Positions 59,201-64,000 of a stretch of DNA of 64,000 bases are shown here, piece after piece (the first letter of the stretch is position 1; each line of letters begins with the position of its first letter). The stretch is from Nitrososphaerota archaeon. Its GTDB lineage: Archaea; Thermoproteota; EX4484-205; JAAOZP01. The translations under genes and the position numbers were made by a program. The stretch is taken from positions 9,032 through 73,031 of the forward strand of contig JAAOZP010000003.1 in the NCBI GenBank assembly GCA_011605725.1, given 5' to 3'. The notes beneath the pieces are model-generated. The model made no database searches, was not told the origin of the DNA, and saw nothing but the letters and a program-made list of their open reading frames with translations.

Positions 59201-59600
59201 CCCTGACTTCAAGCGTGCCGTTCACCAGCATCCAGGCTAAGGCTTCAATCCTTCTCCGAGCTATTATATCCTCAGCCTTTTCAAGTCCAGCAGCTATTCT
59301 CTCCCCGATCTCGCGGATCAGTTCCTCAGCCCTTTCCCTACTCATCCTGTATGCCTCTACGAGATCCGGCTCCACATCGTGAAGCCCAACTATCAGCTTC
59401 ATCCGCCCATTGTTCCTCAGGAGACCAGCTATGCCGGCGGCCACAACAATAAGGGAGTCTGCGCTGAAAAAGCCCGACAGCCTCTCGTAATAGCAACATC
59501 TTTTAAGAACAGGAATGTAAAAGCGCTGGGCTATAATATTTCCATCACCCTCATACATTATCTCGAGACTGGAGCCGAGTTCCTCATAGAGGCATCCCAT
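56274..59600 (-). CDS. SNF2-family helicase with an N-terminal PLD-type (HKD) nuclease domain.
   Basis: HKD-like GNGIFHEKLMIFRD. Helicase motif I LLADEVGLGKTIEAG. Motif II DLIVVDEAHHARK. C-terminal helicase domain (…VLVCSDAAREGLNLQ…, arginine motif QRIGRADRLGQ). Confidence 0.75.
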   Translation of the reverse strand: MGCLYEELGSSLEIMYEGDGNIIAQRFYIPVLKRCCYYERLSGFFSADSLIVVAAGIAGLLRNNGRMKLIVGLHDVEPDLVEAYRMSRERAEELIREIGERIAAGLEKAEDIIARRRIEALAWMLVNGTLEVRVALPKKTFLGLGNGIFHEKLMIFRDFDGCTIAAAGSANETRAAYEINGENLTVHMSWKPGHEEYIKRYTERFDVLWEDKHPDYFVFPLPEVVEKKLREKYYGAKPPETDPLEDETVIEGVGIPNFAACQLLVPAARLVREIGNIRQFAHLGLGPVALHPYQAYAVDFALSRYPHRVLLADEVGLGKTIEAGAIIKRLVSLGRAQRILILSPKNVARQWMEEMWSHFGLRFWLLDTFRKEFVDVEGRLIPIGHGENPFDKQGIDLMIASWHYARGSRNRPPELLNTGKFFDLIVVDEAHHARKKRSPGKIEPTLLNDLLAELSVTAPHILLVTATPVQLYEAEAMDLLQILGLSGPWVHEEDFQRYFRALSSDPATITKSEWEFCLRLASWIAGQYVDRKELQEILEKIFGDQHTAETITERILSGEGLEKIVDVVQHHGIERLRKLLLALNPVQWFMVRNTRSKLKELGYSFPERHIAEEPVELDAKHMELLRKLDSYLRNEYGQYERILKGESKSIIGFVKCIYHQRFVSSFTAAYLTVKNRREFLEALLKGDRDALLAAASRFIEEPEWEGDEEDIIEAMQELLASGAGELIRREIQKLRELENELGDYSPDILSRGDPKLRKVVSVVDDLLSKGHKILIFSKYTDTVDAVSRFLARESKYLSKSEIAIYTGAGGMVYDREKDTYVPVDKDEVSRELTDGNVRVLVCSDAAREGLNLQAANVVINVDMPWNPAKVEQRIGRADRLGQKASVVLVKNIWYPESIEAEMYRVLFQRREIYGLVVGPAQEIISEGLRKALDEGETTEKIRMIVSETLQKVDEVKERAARIAGTITGASWEGAKTADEDVINRIADFTLKAAKALGLKACVKDNGLEIDEKQLPEELRRWNNASLEVGRPNVLTPAHPIVQWLCDNIISKTGNKGLKASKSIYLIKEHDGLGSLRVIREGDAVPEVLSDREKVIQLVDELLSMEESA

Positions 59601-59965
59601 TAGTTATCTTAGAAACCATGCAGCGGTATTTAAAAATTGATTCGTATTTTCATCCACATTAAAACTGTAGGCATGCTGCTTAAATAGCTCTTTATTCGCA
59701 CTTGACGAAAAATAACAATGAGTGAAAAGCTTGCCGAGCTCAGCATGGTACGTGGTTAAACAAGTTCTTACGCGCGTAGGGATGAAGGAATCAGAGGTAT
59801 TGCAAAATATGTGAAGAACTTTATGTTCTCCAAAAGGAATTTGAGTGTAAAGATTATTCTTTCAGGTAGCGTGCGCTAAAAACTGGTTTAAACTTTTTAA
59901 ATACGGCTAATTCTTATATATTGCAACTGGAAAGTGTTTTATTAATAAGCGTGGCACGCGCTAAA

Positions 59966-59973
59966 CTTATATT
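59966..59973 (+). promoter_or_regulatory. TATA-like box (CTTATATT) upstream of the 59998 ORF, preceded by a GCGCGC-type element.
   Basis: gtggcaCGCGCtaaaCTTATATTgcctg… sits ~25 bp ahead of ATG 59998. Confidence 0.35.
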
Positions 59974-59997
59974 GCCTGATTGGTTTAAAATATTGGA

Positions 59998-60921
59998 ATG
60001 AGGGAAGAACGGCTGTATGATCCGGTGGGGGAATGGCTTATCAGGGAGAAGGGTTGTCAGCGGGATAAATATTCTCAAGGTTATTTGAAGGACGCGCAGA
60101 TCGGAAATTTTAGATTCGACGTACTTGGTATAAGGTATGAGGTAGTACATGAATGCATAAATCATCTGGATTTTCACGGCTATATCGTCGAGGTGAAGGG
60201 TGATGAAACCGGTCTGGATGAACTCATCGGTAAAGTAATGATGGTTAAGGAAGGTATTAAAGGTCACTCTATAATAGAGCACTTTAGTGGATTGGATACC
60301 GTTGAATTATACATAGCCTACCCGACAGAACAGGTGAAAACCGAAATACTCAGAATATGTGAAAGAGAGGGAATCGGCATCCTAAGGCTTCAAATCGTTG
60401 ACGAGAAAACCGTGCACGTATATAACGTAGGCGTAAAACCTGAACTGATTTATATCTGTGGAATATCGCATGAAGCTCAAAAATCCCCTGGAAACTTTGA
60501 AAGTGCTATGAATGAATTCGGTTATCTGAGGCAGATGTTTCAGAGGCCCTCGGACATGTTTGAAGACCTCATTAGGCCAAGTAAAGAAGAATACAACGCT
60601 CAACTGAAACTAAAAGAACTTCAAGGCTATGTTAGGAACAAGGAGAGCGAAGAGGCGCTGGATTTCCTCATCGAAAAAATCCAAGAGAAACTTCCACAAG
60701 TCAATATCACAAGTGCTGGAGGAAAGATAGCGTTCATACTACATGGAACCGAGTTGCTTAACATCGTCCCTACTACTAAGTATTTTTACGTGCAGTTAGG
60801 CGAAGGAGAAAGATATAGAATTCTATCTAGAAATGAGATAATAGGATTCGAAGGTAGTGTTGATAATCTGATAGACTCTGTAATAATACCATACATAAAT
60901 GATAAGATTAAAAAGAGATAA
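59998..60921 (+). CDS. Hypothetical protein in an AT-rich patch, possibly a PD-(D/E)xK nuclease-like protein.
   Basis: RFDVLGIRYE…HGYIVEVKG gives a D…E-V-K arrangement near the N-terminus. 307 aa. Confidence 0.35.
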   Translation: MREERLYDPVGEWLIREKGCQRDKYSQGYLKDAQIGNFRFDVLGIRYEVVHECINHLDFHGYIVEVKGDETGLDELIGKVMMVKEGIKGHSIIEHFSGLDTVELYIAYPTEQVKTEILRICEREGIGILRLQIVDEKTVHVYNVGVKPELIYICGISHEAQKSPGNFESAMNEFGYLRQMFQRPSDMFEDLIRPSKEEYNAQLKLKELQGYVRNKESEEALDFLIEKIQEKLPQVNITSAGGKIAFILHGTELLNIVPTTKYFYVQLGEGERYRILSRNEIIGFEGSVDNLIDSVIIPYINDKIKKR

Positions 60922-61033
60922 AAATTAGGACTCATAGTAGTGTGCACTAATAGAATAAGCAAGAGGAAAATTTACCCTAAAAATGGAAGGCCTAGTAGTT
61001 TAGGAACCAACATGACTATAAAGTGTTCGAAGT

Positions 61034-61660
61034 TCAGATAGGACTAAGCTTCATGAATAACTCTCTGTGCGATTTTATGACATTTTTAATTTCGTTTGCC
61101 AGCTTCTTTTCTTTTCCCTCTTTAAAGCATAACCACTGCCCATATAGCCAAAGGTACTCATCCATCTGTTTGTAGGTTATTGACAAACCAGATTCTGATA
61201 TTAACCTATCTATGCCGGATTTGAATTCACGATATCCCACTAGTTTTTCTCCTAACAGCTTGCTTAACGCATACTTTGCAAAAGAGTCATATATAGGGAA
61301 TTTATGTGGTTGGTGAAAGTGGCAATATTTGCTCGTAAAGACTAACCCCAGTCTTTTCCCTCCTTGGACGTAAAGCTTAGAGATGTCCTCAACTATATCA
61401 ACCGGGTCCTCTTTTTCCAACCTGTCATCTATGTTAGCGTGAACAAGCACCTCAGCAACCTTCTGCACATCCATTTTAAGGTTGCAATTGTACAACTTAT
61501 CCAAAAGAACAACTTTATACGCTACATCCCGCACATTATCATTTTTATTGTACGTTTTAAATTCACGGTAAAGCAATTCATCTATCCGTCCCCAAGTTAG
61601 TACCTTATCAAGTATCTGCTTTGCCACGCTAAAAATTTCGCTCGTGAGCATCTTTATCAT
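61034..61660 (-). CDS. Hypothetical protein in an AT-rich patch.
   Basis: 208-aa ORF. No motif recognised. Confidence 0.4.
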   Translation of the reverse strand: MIKMLTSEIFSVAKQILDKVLTWGRIDELLYREFKTYNKNDNVRDVAYKVVLLDKLYNCNLKMDVQKVAEVLVHANIDDRLEKEDPVDIVEDISKLYVQGGKRLGLVFTSKYCHFHQPHKFPIYDSFAKYALSKLLGEKLVGYREFKSGIDRLISESGLSITYKQMDEYLWLYGQWLCFKEGKEKKLANEIKNVIKSHRELFMKLSPI

Positions 61661-62379
61661 TACAACTTCGCCAATCCTAATAAGTTTTTCGCTGGTAGGG
61701 CACGCTAAAGACGTTTATGTTAGAGTATTGTTTCTACTCTTCAACTATGAATCCTTCTTCAATCAGGATTCTTCTGCAATCCTTGCAGAGCGACTTCAAC
61801 CATTTGGCAAGTAGTCTTCTCTCCTGTTCCGCAGACTTTATTTTAACGCTGAAGATCCTGTCGAACCTCCTCTGCACTCTTTGCACACGAGGTCATACTC
61901 TGAGGAGCGCATTCCTTGAGATAGAAGGTAGGGATAATTTAAGCGTTTGTTGTCAAAAACAACAACATGTTGCACCCAGCGTCATAAGCCTTTTTAACAC
62001 GGTTTGAATTAGCACGCGCTTCTCCTCCTAGCTTAAGGAAGGTTAGCGTAGCTAAACTTAAGAGTGTGACAAAAGGTTCAAAATTTTGGTAGACGTGGTT
62101 AAAGATAAGAATACATTGCGTTTATGCAGATTTGCTTAATTTCAAAAATGAAAAAGAAGCTTGAAACAGTGTTTAAGGAAGCGCGCGCGCTCTGACGCTC
62201 TAAAATAGCAATGAGTGGTAAATGGATGTAATCGCAGCGTGCTTTCGCTGACTTTAAAAATCAGGCTGTTCACGACCCTTTTTCAGAGACCTCTGATAGG
62301 CTTGAATTGGATAACGGAAGTACGGTATGATTTATTCTTAAGGCAAAGCTTAAAAGTAGTATGTAAGGCTTATAGTTGG

Positions 62380-62607
62380 ATGAGAAAAATTATTCAGGTG
62401 AGGGTTTACAAGGGGGAGAAATACTACGTTGCTGAGTGTGTTGACCTGCCTGTTGTCAGCCAGGGGAAAACGCTGGACGAGGCTGTGGAGAACATAAGGG
62501 AAGCGATAAGCCTCCATCTTGAAGGAGAGGATTTAAGCGAATGGGACATACTTCCAGATTTTTCCATACTGATTAGCATGGAAGTCCCTCCTCATGTCGA
62601 GGCTTAA
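62380..62607 (+). CDS. hicB: HicB-like antitoxin (UPF0150 / RNase H-like fold).
   Basis: MRKIIQVRVYKGEKYYVAECVDLPVVSQGKTLDEAVENIREAISLHLE is the HicB N-domain pattern. The ORF-track extension upstream to 62215 is probably not translated. Confidence 0.6.
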   Translation: MRKIIQVRVYKGEKYYVAECVDLPVVSQGKTLDEAVENIREAISLHLEGEDLSEWDILPDFSILISMEVPPHVEA

Positions 62608-62836
62608 AGTATTAAGCGGGAAAGACGTAGTTAAAATACTTTCAAGGTTTGGATTCATACCAGTGTCTCAAAAAGGAAGCCATGTGAAGCTAAGGAGAAC
62701 CCTGCCTAGCGGGACGATACAGTCTTTAACAATTCCTCTACACGAAGAGTTAGACAAGGGAACTTTAAAGGCAATCTATAGGCAAGCCTTAAGATTCATC
62801 CCTGAAGAGGAGTTGAAGCCTTATTTTTACGATTAA
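62594..62836 (+). CDS. hicA: HicA-like mRNA interferase toxin.
   Basis: LSGKDVVKILSRFGFIPVSQKGSHVKL is the HicA (YcfA-like) motif with its catalytic His. It overlaps the hicB stop. Confidence 0.65.
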   Translation: MSRLKVLSGKDVVKILSRFGFIPVSQKGSHVKLRRTLPSGTIQSLTIPLHEELDKGTLKAIYRQALRFIPEEELKPYFYD

Positions 62837-63176
62837 TTATGAAGCGTTGAAATAGGTCTTCGCTTAAATCAACAAAAAAGGAGAGCTTCAAAACACGATT
62901 CTAGAATCGGGCTACGAGTTACGAGCCTCAGAAAACTATTCCTAAGGAGGAAGCTTAGCGACTAAGGTTCTCAGCTGCAGCAACCATGTAGTGCGCGCTA
63001 GTATAGTTGTTGTGTGAAGAATAACTCGTGGAATGCCTTTAGCGCACGTGAAGTTTTTAAACGGGTTTTCTAAGACTGCTGCATTCTTTTGCATGCTTAC
63101 TTTCACTCAACCCTCTCCCTCAAGCGTTTACTTTCCTAAGATTCCTGCATGGTTGGAAAACCTTTATCTTAAGCCT

Positions 63177-64000
63177 ATGCACACTATATATGGAATGGTT
63201 GGGCGCGCCTTTCTGAGAGGCCTGTTCTACACCATATTCTCCTCCTCAATCCTCATGCCCCTCCTCTTCTCCAGCCTAATTCCTCAATCAAGTAGGCCAA
63301 CGGCCTCGGCAACCCCATCATCCTACTCCTGGAGCAGCCTTAGGGTAGACTCAGTAAGCATAGCTTACTCTGTGGATGAAAGAGCCTGGTACGGCGGTAC
63401 AGGATACCTCCACATCAAAACCAATGGCCAAGGAGTCTACAGCGACACGAAGACTGCCACGGCAGTAGTGACTATACCTGAAGGCCTCTCCGCAAGCGTT
63501 TACGTCTGCGGTGACGATAGGTTTCCGCCTCCGGACGGATGGACTGTTTTAGAGAAATATCTGAGGCTCTACGTTGACGGGGCTAAGGTTTACGAGCTTG
63601 GCAAGGAGTACTGGTGGGCCAAATGCTACAGGAGGGCTGCCACCATCGGTCAAGGAACGCATGAGGTCAGGCTGACTGTGGGCATCACGATTAACGTTTC
63701 TTCAAACGCCTACTTGGAGTGCGACCTAGCTTACGCAAGCATGGACATTAGGCTTGAGGGAAGCGGAACAATAATGGCTGAATCTCATGCTGCTGAAGCA
63801 GCCCTAGACGGGGAAACAAACCATGTCTTCACTTTCAGGCTTCCCCAAGTTAGCGGCGTTAGAAACATGAGCTGGAGGGCAGTATGGAGAGGCGTTGAGA
63901 AAACCGGTTATGGAACACCGGGAAGTGTTCAGAAAGCGGTTTTTCAAGATGTAAACAGAGACTGCTGGTCGTTCACCAGTCCGGTTGTGATCAGAGTTGG
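63177..64000 (+). CDS. Secreted/surface hypothetical protein, 3'-truncated by the window edge.
   Basis: The ORF is open from ATG 63177 to the end of the window. N-terminal hydrophobic signal-like segment GLFYTIFSSSILMPLLFSSLIP, then an S/T-rich linker. Coding-like composition. Confidence 0.4.
   Translation, partial: MHTIYGMVGRAFLRGLFYTIFSSSILMPLLFSSLIPQSSRPTASATPSSYSWSSLRVDSVSIAYSVDERAWYGGTGYLHIKTNGQGVYSDTKTATAVVTIPEGLSASVYVCGDDRFPPPDGWTVLEKYLRLYVDGAKVYELGKEYWWAKCYRRAATIGQGTHEVRLTVGITINVSSNAYLECDLAYASMDIRLEGSGTIMAESHAAEAALDGETNHVFTFRLPQVSGVRNMSWRAVWRGVEKTGYGTPGSVQKAVFQDVNRDCWSFTSPVVIRV

Noticed and set aside
62215-62379. The upstream extension of the hicB ORF (MVNGCNRSVLSLTLKIRLF…).
   Set aside because: It has no similarity to HicB and lies in AT-rich spacer DNA. 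The HicB homology begins at Met 62380.

Overview
This reads as an archaeal chromosomal segment, likely from a hyperthermophile. It is about 47% GC, gene-dense on both strands, and its promoters look archaeal: TATA-like boxes about 25-30 bp ahead of apparently leaderless starts. Gene content points the same way, with Lrp/AsnC, family-4 UDG, HerA/NurA, DUF4143 ATPases and AN1/S2P.

The first ~27 kb looks mostly chromosomal/core, with a partially decayed vapBC remnant at ~22.9-23.6 kb. It holds a PqqD-like protein with an ABC-like ATPase. It also holds an operon of three large membrane proteins, the middle one being a 1476-aa fusion of an M28-like peptidase domain to a MacB/FtsX-type permease. 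A GH130-like glycosidase, a large glycosidase-like protein and an MFS transporter form a cluster. The rest of this stretch has a transglutaminase-like membrane protein, an AN1-zinc-finger/site-2-protease fusion, an ArsR regulator, a HhH DNA glycosylase-like protein, a low-molecular-weight phosphatase, inorganic pyrophosphatase, UDG and an amino-acid permease.

From about 28 kb to the end the window is a dense defense/accessory island. It contains an AbiEi/AbiEii pair and an EVE-domain protein next to a truncated QueE-like radical-SAM fragment. A PUA-like domain is fused to a PD-(D/E)xK nuclease. Several toxin-antitoxin pairs are present (vapBC, relBE, hicBA), two of them frameshifted. Two paralogous DUF4143 ATPases are present, one flanked by perfect 68-bp direct repeats.

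Four candidate restriction- or modification-type modules stand out:
- a beta-class amino-methyltransferase directly followed by HerA-like ATPase and NurA-like nuclease;
- two COG1533-type radical SAM genes with a TcmP/RlmJ-like partner;
- a GmrSD-type (DUF262/DUF1524) type IV enzyme;
- a DUF499 ATPase, a DUF1156 Zn-ribbon methyltransferase and a PLD-SNF2 helicase, with two small accessory genes.

No rRNA, tRNA or CRISPR array was found. A GC-rich palindrome (AGCGCGCT-like) recurs almost exclusively in intergenic regions.
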